Assembly: GCA_965219955.1 (NCBI GenBank)
Contig: OZ244799.1
Coordinates: 1,952,001 to 2,016,000, forward strand
DNA from: a bacterium
GTDB taxonomy: Bacteria > UBA8248
DNA length: 64,000 nt
Direction: 5' to 3'
Under the pieces are notes generated by a model, which searched no databases, was not told the DNA's origin, and saw nothing but the letters and a program-made list of their open reading frames with translations. Shown in pieces: positions 1 through 8,669 of the stretch. How positions within the stretch are numbered: position 1 is the stretch's first letter; each line of letters begins with the position of its first letter. A program made the translations under genes and the position numbers.

Positions 1-626
1 CAGAAGAGGTATTCATACCGCGTGCCCATCAGGAAATGCGCTCGCATGCGCCCGCGCTCGGCGGGGCCCGCCGTCGATGCGGCCTCATCGAACATTTCGC
101 GCAGCCAGCGGGCGAGCCCGGCGAACTCTTCGGACGCATAGGTCTCAATCCACTCGGCGTGGAGCGGCGCGTTTTCGGGTATGCCCCTGGCGGCGAGCAA
201 CTCGCCGATGATGGCGTAGTCCCACTGGCAGGGGAGCATGGCGGCGGCGACTTCTCCGAACGTGCCCGCATAGGCCGCCTCGAGCAGGAAGTCGGTGTAT
301 CCCTTGCACGTCGGCGCAGGCTTCGTCGCCTCGATCTCGTCCTCCGAGATGCCGAATTTCGCCGCGAACCCCCGGTGGAGTTCCATCTCGGTGTTCAGCG
401 TGGCGTTCAGCAGGTCGGCGAAACGCCCCATCTCCGCCAGTTCGGGGGCCTTTGCGACGGCCAGGGCGATGACGCGGCTGTATTCCTTCAAAAAAATGTA
501 GTCCTGACACATATAGAAGCGGAACTGCGCGAGCGGCAGGGTGCCGTCCCCGATGCCCCGGACGAAGGGGTGCTCGTGAATTTTTTCCCAAAGCGGCGCA
601 GCCTCCGCGCGGAGCGCATCGCTCAT
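1..626 (-). CDS. tenA: Thiaminase II / TenA family protein (runs off the window edge)
   Basis: Manual translation from ATG at 626: MSDALRAEAAPLWEKIHEHPFVRGIGDGTLPLAQFRFYMCQDYIFL...MLPCQWDY...WIETY, the TenA signature. Not in the ORF track because the stop lies outside the window. Confidence 0.9.
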   Translation of the reverse strand, partial: MSDALRAEAAPLWEKIHEHPFVRGIGDGTLPLAQFRFYMCQDYIFLKEYSRVIALAVAKAPELAEMGRFADLLNATLNTEMELHRGFAAKFGISEDEIEATKPAPTCKGYTDFLLEAAYAGTFGEVAAAMLPCQWDYAIIGELLAARGIPENAPLHAEWIETYASEEFAGLARWLREMFDEAASTAGPAERGRMRAHFLMGTRYEYLF

Positions 627-651
627 CCTCGTTTCCGGGTTCAAGATGGCC

Positions 652-984
652 TCACAGGTTATCGAGAATTTTTTTCGAGCGCCCCTTTTCCAGGGTTTCG
701 CCGAAAGAATCGCCCAGGTCGACACCCAGTTGCTGGGCGCGCTTCTGGGCCCAGAGCCCGATGTTGCGATCGTCCTTGTAGAAGGAGCTGTCCTGCGGCT
801 TCGAGGGGTCGAACGAATCGAGACGCTGGGCTTCCGTCTGATGCGAGGAGAAGCGCGACATGATTTTCCTGAGTTTCTTGTTCCCGCAGGAGCGGCAGGT
901 GAGTTTTCTCCTGTCCGATGGCTTCATCACCAGATGGCCGGAGACGAAGCCGCATTCCCTGCACTCGTATTCATAGATCGGCAT
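652..984 (-). CDS. FmdB-family zinc-ribbon protein
   Basis: MPIYEYECRECG...CRSCG...LRKIMSRF motif; start overlaps the aroA stop region. Confidence 0.85.
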   Translation of the reverse strand: MPIYEYECRECGFVSGHLVMKPSDRRKLTCRSCGNKKLRKIMSRFSSHQTEAQRLDSFDPSKPQDSSFYKDDRNIGLWAQKRAQQLGVDLGDSFGETLEKGRSKKILDNL

Positions 985-2260
985 CGGGTGAATCCCTCTT
1001 CTCCATCTCCGCGCCAAGTGACGCCATGCGCTCGCAAAAATCAGGGAATGTTACCGCCATCGCCTCCGCCGTGTCGACCGATACGCCCTCTTGCGCCGCG
1101 AGTCCGGCAACGGCGGCGGACATGACGATTCTGTGGTCGCCGAACCCGTGGGCCGCTCCGCCCCTGAGGCCGCCGCCCTGGACGATGATGCCGTCCGCCA
1201 GTTCTCTCGCTTCGCCGCCCAGCGATTCGATGACTTCGCGCATGGCGGAGATTCTGTCCGTCTCCTTGATGCGGGCCTGGGGCGTGTTGACGAGCCGGGT
1301 CTCTCCCTCCCCGAACGCGCCGAGCACGGCCATGACGGGCAGCAGATCGGGCGTGGCGTTCAGGTCGAATTCCCCTCCGCGCAGCGCATCGCCGCGGATT
1401 CGTACACCGTCCTCCGATACGAGAACCTCGGCCCCCATTTCCTCGACGAAGCGGAGAATCTCCTTGTCGCCCTGTGAGTCGTCGAGGTCCAGACCCTCGA
1501 GCGTCACGTCGCCGCCCGGCAAAGCGCCTGCGGCCACCAAAAAGGCGGCGGAACTCCAGTCGGCGGGCACGGTGACCTCGAATCCCGAAAGCGCCTGTCC
1601 GCCCGGAACGGTGAAACTGCGGTATTCATCGCGCTCGTATTCCAGGCCCAGACGGTCCAGCCACCATAGCGTCATCTCGACGTAGGGGCGCTCGTTCAAA
1701 TCAATCGGCTCGATGGTGGTCGTCTCCTCGCCGAAGGGCGCGTTCAGGAGCAAAGAAGACGTGAACTGGCTGGTCGTGCCGTCGACTTTCGTCCTGCCGC
1801 CGCGCCACGGGCCGCCGACAGCGACGGGCAGATATCCGTTATTGCTCGATTGCGCCCTTGCTCCCAGGTTCGAGAGCGCGTCCAGCAGCGGCCCCATCGG
1901 GCGTTTTCTGGTCTGGGCGTCGCCGTCGAATCGCGCTTCGCCCTCCCGCATCAAGGCGGCGGTGCCGAGCGCCATCCGGCAGGTGGTTCCTGAATTCCCC
2001 ACGTCGAGAATCCCTTGCGGGGCTTCGGGCCGGGCGCCGAAGCCCGCCACCGACCAGACGTCTTCCTCCTTGTTTATCCCGGCGCCGAAACTCCCGTAGA
2101 CGCTCGCCGCCGAGAGGCCGTCCGAAGAATCGAGGGGGTTCAGGATCACGCTTTTCCCGGAAGCCAGGGACGCGAACGCGACGGCGCGGATGGAGTGGGA
2201 TTTCGAGCCGGGAACGCCGGTGGTTCCCCTGGCGACGGATGGCCTGACCGAGAGTATCAT
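971..2260 (-). CDS. aroA: 3-phosphoshikimate 1-carboxyvinyltransferase (EPSP synthase)
   Basis: PGSKSHSIRA, GNSGTT, RPMGPL, KETDRI and DHRIVM motifs; 429 aa. Confidence 0.97.
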   Translation of the reverse strand: MILSVRPSVARGTTGVPGSKSHSIRAVAFASLASGKSVILNPLDSSDGLSAASVYGSFGAGINKEEDVWSVAGFGARPEAPQGILDVGNSGTTCRMALGTAALMREGEARFDGDAQTRKRPMGPLLDALSNLGARAQSSNNGYLPVAVGGPWRGGRTKVDGTTSQFTSSLLLNAPFGEETTTIEPIDLNERPYVEMTLWWLDRLGLEYERDEYRSFTVPGGQALSGFEVTVPADWSSAAFLVAAGALPGGDVTLEGLDLDDSQGDKEILRFVEEMGAEVLVSEDGVRIRGDALRGGEFDLNATPDLLPVMAVLGAFGEGETRLVNTPQARIKETDRISAMREVIESLGGEARELADGIIVQGGGLRGGAAHGFGDHRIVMSAAVAGLAAQEGVSVDTAEAMAVTFPDFCERMASLGAEMEKRDSPDADL

Positions 2261-2287
2261 GACGATGAGCGTGTCTGGCGGCGGTTG

Positions 2288-2650
2288 TTAGCGGTCATCG
2301 CTCAGGTAGCGGCCCAGCATGTCGCGGGAGTGTTCATCCTCGTGGCAATCCACGCACAGATTCTCCCAGTTGCTCCCGTCGGGAGGGTTGTTCTTGTGGT
2401 TGCCGTCGCGGTGGTGGACCGTCAGGACGTGGAGGTTGTTTTCATCGAAATCCCGGCCGCATTTCGCGCAGAACCAGCCGTGGATTTCGAGCGACTTTCG
2501 TCTGTAATCCTGCGCGCTCTTGCCCACGCTTGCCGAGGACTTGAGGCGCGCGGCGATTTGTTTCGCGCTTTCGCCGGTAGGAGCGGCCGGTTTGGGAGCG
2601 CTTCTTCTCCCCGGTCGGCGTCTGCTTGCGCTGAATCTCGTTCTGGCCAT
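2288..2650 (-). CDS. YajD-like small HNH nuclease
   Basis: CAKCGRDF...LTVHHRDGNHKNNPPDGSNWENLCVDCHEDEHSR. Confidence 0.85.
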   Translation of the reverse strand: MARTRFSASRRRPGRRSAPKPAAPTGESAKQIAARLKSSASVGKSAQDYRRKSLEIHGWFCAKCGRDFDENNLHVLTVHHRDGNHKNNPPDGSNWENLCVDCHEDEHSRDMLGRYLSDDR

Positions 2651-2784
2651 CGGATCAACCTCCCGTGTTCGGGAGCCATCCTAGCAAATCGCGCTATAAT
2701 GAGGAAGAGATGGATTGGACGACGATTGTCATCCTGGCGGATCAAAGAATGGAAAATGACATGCTTGCGCCGAGGAGAACCTGA

Positions 2785-3408
2785 ATGCGAAGCTCCCGGA
2801 GACGCTGGTGGCGGTGGCTGATCCTCCTCGTCTTGCTGTCCCCCCTCCTCGGGGTCGGCAGTCTGTACGGGATACGCGCCGTGGAGTCCTACGATCCGTT
2901 CTGTACGGTCTGCCACTTACAGGATCACCAGGATTATCTCGACGACGGGGCGCGCGCGGAGAACATGGTCAAGACGCTGGGCGGGTGGCACAAGAATGCG
3001 GGCGGCGTGAAGTGCATATCATGCCACGGGGAAGAGGGCATCACGGGGATGATCCGCACGACGATTCTGGCGAACAAGGACCTTTACAAATTCATCATCG
3101 GTGATTATGAGCAGCCCTCGCGCGTTTTCCATCCCATCCTCGATAAGGACTGTGTGAAGTGTCACGACGAGGAGCGTCTCCTGGAGTTGTCCGACGACGC
3201 GTTTCACGCCATCTCGGACCACGCGGAGCTCAAGGCGGACTGCGTGCAGTGCCATAATGGTCACCGCGTCGGGGGCGAGCGAGAAAAAGGGTTCATGGTG
3301 GCGGCCACGGCGCAGCCGCGTTGTGACGCCTGCCACGACGAACTGGAGCAAAAAGTGGATTTGAAGGATATTGAGCCGTTTCCCAGGAAGAGAGAATCTG
3401 ATAGTTAG
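2785..3408 (+). CDS. Membrane-anchored multiheme cytochrome c (NapC/NirT-like, 5 CxxCH)
   Basis: N-terminal TM helix followed by CTVCH, CISCH, CVKCH, CVQCH and CDACH. Confidence 0.85.
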   Translation: MRSSRRRWWRWLILLVLLSPLLGVGSLYGIRAVESYDPFCTVCHLQDHQDYLDDGARAENMVKTLGGWHKNAGGVKCISCHGEEGITGMIRTTILANKDLYKFIIGDYEQPSRVFHPILDKDCVKCHDEERLLELSDDAFHAISDHAELKADCVQCHNGHRVGGEREKGFMVAATAQPRCDACHDELEQKVDLKDIEPFPRKRESDS

Positions 3409-3483
3409 GGGCGTGTTTTCCCGGATTTCACCCGCCGCCTGATTCCCGGTATAGATCGGATTCACTGAAAGGACAGGCAGGAA

Positions 3484-4359
3484 TTGCGATTTTTCGTTTT
3501 GATCTTCACCGTCACCTTTCTGTGGGGTCTGAGCTTTCCGGCGGCCAAGATAGGCCTTCGCGGCGTGGAGCCTTTCACGTTCCTCTGGCTCAGGGGCATC
3601 ATCTCCTCGGCGAGCGTTTTCCTGATCATGTTCGCCCGAAAGATGCCGGTCCTGCCGCCGCGACCGTCCTGGAGAGGGGAGAGCCGCGATTTCTGGATCA
3701 ACGCCTGCCTGCACAACCTCATGTTCATCACCTATTATCACGGCGTGGACCACACCACCGCCGGGCGCGCCTCGCTGTTCCTCTACTCCCAGCCCCTGCT
3801 CCTGACGGCGCTCGCGGCGTGGATTCTGCCCCAGGAGAGGGTGGGCGTCCGCGCGGTTTCGGGCTTCATGGCGGCGAGCTTCGGCATGGTGCTCCTCTTC
3901 GGCGACAAGCTCTCATCAGCCGGCGGATCCACCTGGTACGGGGACGCCATCGTCGTCCTGGCGGCCGTGGTATGGGCGGTGCAGTCGATCTTTTTGAAAA
4001 TGCGCTTAAGGAGTTTCGACGCCTTCAGAATCACGGCCTGGACGCAGCTTCTGGCCGTGCTCCCGTTCTTCATCGTCGCCTCGTTTCTGGGCGAGCCCTG
4101 GCCCGACCTGACGGACGCGAACGTGCTCACCGGCGTGGGCTACAGCGGCCTCATCGGCACGGGGCTGGCCATGATCCCCTGGCTGTGGCTGCTGACGGAC
4201 TACCCGGCGAGCCGCGTGGGCGTGTTCATGTTCCTGACGCCCGTGTTCGGGGTCCTGACGGGCGCCTTGCTGCTCGCGGAACCTTTGACGATGCTTATGC
4301 TCGGAGGGGCCGTCCTCATCTCATTGGGCATATATTTTGTGAATTCCGATTCGAAATAA
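3484..4359 (+). CDS. DMT/EamA family transporter
   Basis: 291 aa, about 10 hydrophobic segments, LWGLSFPAAK and FLTPVFGV motifs; TTG start. Confidence 0.9.
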   Translation: MRFFVLIFTVTFLWGLSFPAAKIGLRGVEPFTFLWLRGIISSASVFLIMFARKMPVLPPRPSWRGESRDFWINACLHNLMFITYYHGVDHTTAGRASLFLYSQPLLLTALAAWILPQERVGVRAVSGFMAASFGMVLLFGDKLSSAGGSTWYGDAIVVLAAVVWAVQSIFLKMRLRSFDAFRITAWTQLLAVLPFFIVASFLGEPWPDLTDANVLTGVGYSGLIGTGLAMIPWLWLLTDYPASRVGVFMFLTPVFGVLTGALLLAEPLTMLMLGGAVLISLGIYFVNSDSK

Positions 4360-4523
4360 AACCGATAATTCTATTTATTTCAGTAATATATGAATTATAA
4401 TTAATGTTTTTTCTCGCTTGGCGAGTCTGTGCCGGCGTAGTACGGGTCGACGGAACCTGGACTGAGCCGGAGCGGACCGTCCTCCTCCAAATCGCTGCGG
4501 GCACGGGCAATTCGGGCATTTGT

Positions 4524-5570
4524 TCATCCTATCCGCCAAGCCGTCACGCCACCCTGCGCGTCGAGCGCGGCAAGCGCGCGCCCGTCCGGACGCCAATACA
4601 GCTTCGCCCCGATGCCCGCCAATACCGCGGTCCCGATCGGACGGCCATTTCCGTCTCTCTCGAGCGACCACACCACTACGGCGCCATCCCGTGCCGCCGA
4701 TGCCAGGCGCATCCCGCGGCGAGCGAAGGCAAGCGTCGTAACGGGTTGAACATGACGCTCCAGAACACCGGGCCGCGTGCCTTCGGGGCCATCTCCCTCG
4801 AAGCTCCAGACCGTCACCGCCTCCCCTCCGCCGGTGGCCAGAAGGGTGCCGGTATCATCGAAAGCCAGGGCCGATGGCTTGGCGGAATATCCTGACATCA
4901 TGGCGTCCTGCTCCGTGGAGCGACGCCAGAAGTGCACGGTGTTGTCCTGGCTGCCGCAGGCCACGATATCCCCGTCCGGGCTCAGCACCATCGACACCAG
5001 GGATCCCTGCCACTCCAGCTTCTGGCGAAGCTCGCCGGTGGGCGCGTCGAAGAACGTCACTCGGCCGTAACAGGCCGTCGCCAGCTCCCCTGCGCCCGAC
5101 CAGGCGATCGCGCTGACCGTGCTGGGTTGATCATCAGATCGCCAAACCTCCGCGCCGTCCACGCCATACGCGCGAACCTGCCGGGAGCAGGAGGCCGCCA
5201 ACCACTGGCCGTCCGGCGACCACGCCACGTTCTCCACCCAACCGCCCCCGATGTCGATAGCCTGTTGTACCTGACCTTCGGCGACACCCCAGATGAGGAC
5301 TCGTCCGTCCTGGCCGGCCGTAGCGAACGCGGTTCCGCTCGGGTGGATCGCCACCGCGAGCACACCGCCTTCATGAACCCCGCGCCGCTCCCAGGTGGTC
5401 GCGCCGGACTTGCCGTCGAATGCGTAAACGCCGCCCGCAGCGTCACCGACCATCAGCGCCTCACCACGCAGGCTCCAGCCACCGGCAATAGCGTAGTCGC
5501 CAACCGCCGCAGACCAGCCCCGGCGAAGAACACCCCTTGGGCCGTCGTCATTTTGAAGTGCCGCCGACAT
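4524..5570 (-). CDS. WD40-repeat beta-propeller protein
   Basis: Repeated units such as HEGGVLAVAIHPSGTAFATAGQDGRVLIW, SPDGDIVACGSQDNTVHFW and HVQPVTTLAF...ASAARDGAVVVW; start taken at ATG 5570. Confidence 0.9.
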   Translation of the reverse strand: MSAALQNDDGPRGVLRRGWSAAVGDYAIAGGWSLRGEALMVGDAAGGVYAFDGKSGATTWERRGVHEGGVLAVAIHPSGTAFATAGQDGRVLIWGVAEGQVQQAIDIGGGWVENVAWSPDGQWLAASCSRQVRAYGVDGAEVWRSDDQPSTVSAIAWSGAGELATACYGRVTFFDAPTGELRQKLEWQGSLVSMVLSPDGDIVACGSQDNTVHFWRRSTEQDAMMSGYSAKPSALAFDDTGTLLATGGGEAVTVWSFEGDGPEGTRPGVLERHVQPVTTLAFARRGMRLASAARDGAVVVWSLERDGNGRPIGTAVLAGIGAKLYWRPDGRALAALDAQGGVTAWRIG

Positions 5571-5571
5571 C

Positions 5572-5799
5572 TCAATCAGCCTCGGCAGCCGCAATCGCTG
5601 CGATGTTGGCCAACAGCCATGCGGATGCAGCAAACAACTGCAACCAATCCCCACCGGACCTGATCCCGTAAGTCAGCATGCTGCCAATCCAGCAAAGGCT
5701 GGCAGCCGTTTGTCCGAGCCATTCGATGCTCCGCACCCTGGCTAGTCGGCTTCGCCTCGCGCCAGACGCGACGGCCCCTTCGTCGTTTCCCGTCAACAT
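5572..5799 (-). CDS. Small two-helix membrane protein of unknown function
   Basis: 75 aa with two hydrophobic segments; start overlaps the upstream stop and the stop lies 1 nt from the WD40 start (tight operon packing). Confidence 0.65.
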   Translation of the reverse strand: MLTGNDEGAVASGARRSRLARVRSIEWLGQTAASLCWIGSMLTYGIRSGGDWLQLFAASAWLLANIAAIAAAEAD

Positions 5800-6923
5800 A
5801 CGCAATCCGCCCCACAATAGGAGAGGTCATCGAGATACATGCCCCAGTTGCGGTACTCTTTCAAGTCTTCCGCCGGCAGCCCCAACGAGGTCGCAATTGC
5901 TTTGGCGACAACGGCGAATCGTTGTCGATACTTGTAGATAAAGCAGAAGACGTGATTGTCATGGCGAACTGCGGGGCCGCAGAGAAATACTCCCGGTACG
6001 ATGGTTGATTCATCGTGTTCGCTCAGAAGCGGAAAGCCATCGTCGCGTCGCTCAAACAAATCCGCGATGAACTTGTGACTCCCCTCAAATCCGCCCGCCC
6101 ATAGTGGCGGCACGCGGGTTTCAAACCGATGCCCGTCTCGAGCCGTAACTTCATACATGGCGTTTACGCGAGTGACCGATTCGATAGGTGTGTGCGGAAA
6201 CAGCTCCACTTGCTCGACAAACCAGTCTTCACGCATCCGTTCGAGCGTAAACGGGGAAAGCGCGACACTGGGATCGGAACTCTCTTCCTCCCACGGACAA
6301 TCCTTGTCGAACAACCGCACTCGTTTGTCGCGACACGCCAGATGGTAGGCCACGTCGACACCACTTTCGTAGCCGCCCACAACGATGAAGTCGTCACCGT
6401 CAAGCTCTCCATAACTGGCGATGGTCGCGGTGTGACGACACAATTGGCTGCCGACAAACCCATTCAAGCGTGGGTATTGGAACTCGCCAGCGGCCCAAAT
6501 GACATGCCTGGCTTGCAAGGTCTCGTCGGCCGTATCAATACGAAAGCCGTCGCCAACCTTTGCTATCTGCATCACGTCGGTATCCTGGCGTACAGGTAAC
6601 TCAAAGAAATGTGCGACTGCACGCAAATATATCGCGTACTCTTCACCCGTCGGATGCTCAACCTCCAAACTGAAAGCGGGTGAAGTTCCAATCGCGATCG
6701 AGTTCAAATCGAGCATGCCAATCGAATTGGTTGGGTACGAGGGCGTGATGAAGCGAGTCTCGGCCGGCCATGAGGCGAACGATGCGCCGACCGTGTGACG
6801 ATCGAGAACTACGAAGTTCTCGATGCCGGCATGCCTGAGAGCCACCGCGGCGCCCACGCCTGCGGCGCCGGCGCCGACGATCGCTACGTCATAGCAGGTT
6901 TTACTGCTCTCGGCGCCGATCAT
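5793..6923 (-). CDS. FAD/NAD(P)-dependent oxidoreductase (CzcO/TrkA-like) with C-terminal Cys motif
   Basis: VAIVGAGAAG FAD motif, VVGGYESG second dinucleotide motif, C-terminus DDLSYCGADCVC. Confidence 0.85.
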   Translation of the reverse strand: MIGAESSKTCYDVAIVGAGAAGVGAAVALRHAGIENFVVLDRHTVGASFASWPAETRFITPSYPTNSIGMLDLNSIAIGTSPAFSLEVEHPTGEEYAIYLRAVAHFFELPVRQDTDVMQIAKVGDGFRIDTADETLQARHVIWAAGEFQYPRLNGFVGSQLCRHTATIASYGELDGDDFIVVGGYESGVDVAYHLACRDKRVRLFDKDCPWEEESSDPSVALSPFTLERMREDWFVEQVELFPHTPIESVTRVNAMYEVTARDGHRFETRVPPLWAGGFEGSHKFIADLFERRDDGFPLLSEHDESTIVPGVFLCGPAVRHDNHVFCFIYKYRQRFAVVAKAIATSLGLPAEDLKEYRNWGMYLDDLSYCGADCVC

Positions 6924-7371
6924 GCAGATACCTCCTGTCGATATTCAAACCAGACATGCCTCGAATCCCTGCCGCATGCTCTGTTCATCGAGGTCGCGGC
7001 CGATGAAGACGAGCTGATTGCGCCGGGGCGAGTCTCCCCATGGAGAATCCGGCTGGCTGTCTATGAGCATGTGAACCCCCTGGAAGACGAAGCGACGCGA
7101 CTCACCCGCGAGGCTGATGGAGCCCTTCATTCGGAAGATGTCCACCCCGCGCTCACGGAGCAGTTCGCCAATCCAGGCGTCGAGCTTTTCGGGATCGACG
7201 TCACCGTCCCTCTCGATCGCGATCGAGCCCACCTCGTCGTCGTGTTCGTGCTGTGCGACCCAGGTGCGCTCGGCCTCTGGCCTGATTGCCGCTCCTTCCG
7301 CGTTCCTCAGTTGGAGATCGAACTCATCCGCGCCGTGCTCGGCGTAGAGGGCAACCCGCACCTGCGTGTCG

Positions 7372-7643
7372 TATATGGACGCCCACGAGAATGCAAGCGG
7401 TTTTTGGGGAGGGTTCGGCGCAAAGCGGTTCGGCTCAGTCGTATATCCGGCCTCTTCGTTGCGGCGCTTTACTCTGGCCGCGGGCCCGTATGGAGATAGG
7501 TGGACCGGGTCCAAATCGACCTGGTGAGCTCGGTGGCTCTGGACATATATCTGGTTTTCCCGGTCCCGTCTCGATGACCGTTTGCCCTTACCCTTCCTCC
7601 GGCCTGCTCACATTCCTCCCGGCTCTATCCGTGCGCCCGCCGC
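7372..7643 (-). ncRNA. Putative bridge/seekRNA region of the IS1111-group element
   Basis: 8-bp stem GGACCGGG/CCCGGTCC (7566-7559 / 7509-7502) encloses AGGTCGA, matching the target. A second stem (GCGGC/GCCGC within GGCC...GGCC) is followed by ATATACGA, matching the donor junction. Exact RNA ends unknown. Confidence 0.7.
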
Positions 7644-8669
7644 TCAGGCGAGGGGCGCCGGCTCCCTGTAGACATCCTTGTTCCGCATCAGCGCCCACGC
7701 GATGCGCGCCATCCGGTTCGCCAGCGCCACCGCCACCACCTTCCTCGGCTTGCGCGCCAGCATCCGCGCCAGCCACGGACACGGCGGCTTCCGGCGACGC
7801 CCCGCCCAGCGTATCTCCGACATCGCGCCCGATATCAACAGACGCCTCACGTCGCGCTGGCCCATCTTCGACATGCCCCCCAGACGGGGCTTGCCCCCCG
7901 TGGAGTGCTGCCGGGGAACCAGACCCAGCCAGGCCGAGAAGTCACGGCCCCGACGGAAGTTCTCCACCGGCGGCGCGAACGCCCGGATCGCCGACGCCGT
8001 AATCGGACCAACACCCGGGATGCTCATCAGACGCCGCGCCTCCTCGTCCGCGTATGCGCTCGCCCGGAGCCGTCCGGTCAACTCCCGGACCTTCGCATCG
8101 AGGCCGCCAATCTGGGCGAGCAGAATCCCGCCCAACTCGCGGACCTCCTCGGGCAGGCCCGATTCCGCTCCCCGAACCGCCGCCGCCAGCCGTGTGAGGC
8201 CCACGGGCCCTTGCCGCTCGACGACCCCGAACTCCGCCAGGTGGCTGCGCAGCGCGTTGCGCGCCTGCGTGCGCTGACCCACCAGCAAATCCCGCGTGCG
8301 GTACTCCATCCCACACCCCTGCTGCGCTTCGCTCTTCACCGCCACGAAGCGCATCGTCGCCCGGGTGGCCGCCTCGCAAATGGCCTCCGCATCCGCCGCG
8401 TCGTTCTTGTGGCGCTTCACGTAGGGCTTCACGTAGACCGGCGGCATGAGCCGAACCTCATGGCCGAGCTTGCCGACCTCGCGCCCCCAGTAGTGCGCGC
8501 TCGCGCACGCCTCCATCGCCACCACGCATCGAGGCTGCGACGACAGAAACTCCAGCACCTTCGCCCGCGTCAGCTTCTTGCGGAACGCGACCCGCCCGTC
8601 CGCCCACGCGCCGTGGAGTTGAAAACTGTGTTTCGCCAAGTCGACCCCGATGATGTAGACTCCTCCCAT
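7644..8669 (-). CDS. IS110-family transposase/recombinase (DEDD RuvC-like + Tnp20)
   Basis: IIGVDLAK, VAMEACA, KNDAADAEAI, SIPGVGP and GLVPRQHSTGGK; AAGGAG RBS before ATG 8669. Confidence 0.96.
   Translation of the reverse strand: MGGVYIIGVDLAKHSFQLHGAWADGRVAFRKKLTRAKVLEFLSSQPRCVVAMEACASAHYWGREVGKLGHEVRLMPPVYVKPYVKRHKNDAADAEAICEAATRATMRFVAVKSEAQQGCGMEYRTRDLLVGQRTQARNALRSHLAEFGVVERQGPVGLTRLAAAVRGAESGLPEEVRELGGILLAQIGGLDAKVRELTGRLRASAYADEEARRLMSIPGVGPITASAIRAFAPPVENFRRGRDFSAWLGLVPRQHSTGGKPRLGGMSKMGQRDVRRLLISGAMSEIRWAGRRRKPPCPWLARMLARKPRKVVAVALANRMARIAWALMRNKDVYREPAPLA

Noticed and set aside
36-863. 275-aa plus-strand ORF and many similar long antisense or alternate-frame ORFs (e.g. 23410-24996, 37178-39019, 39510-41264)
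   Set aside because: Shadows of well-supported genes in high-GC DNA; no motifs.
4316-4527. Short ORFs downstream of the WD40 gene (MNKCPNCPCP..., MPELPV...)
   Set aside because: No recognisable family, and they run into an AT-rich boundary; cannot be supported.
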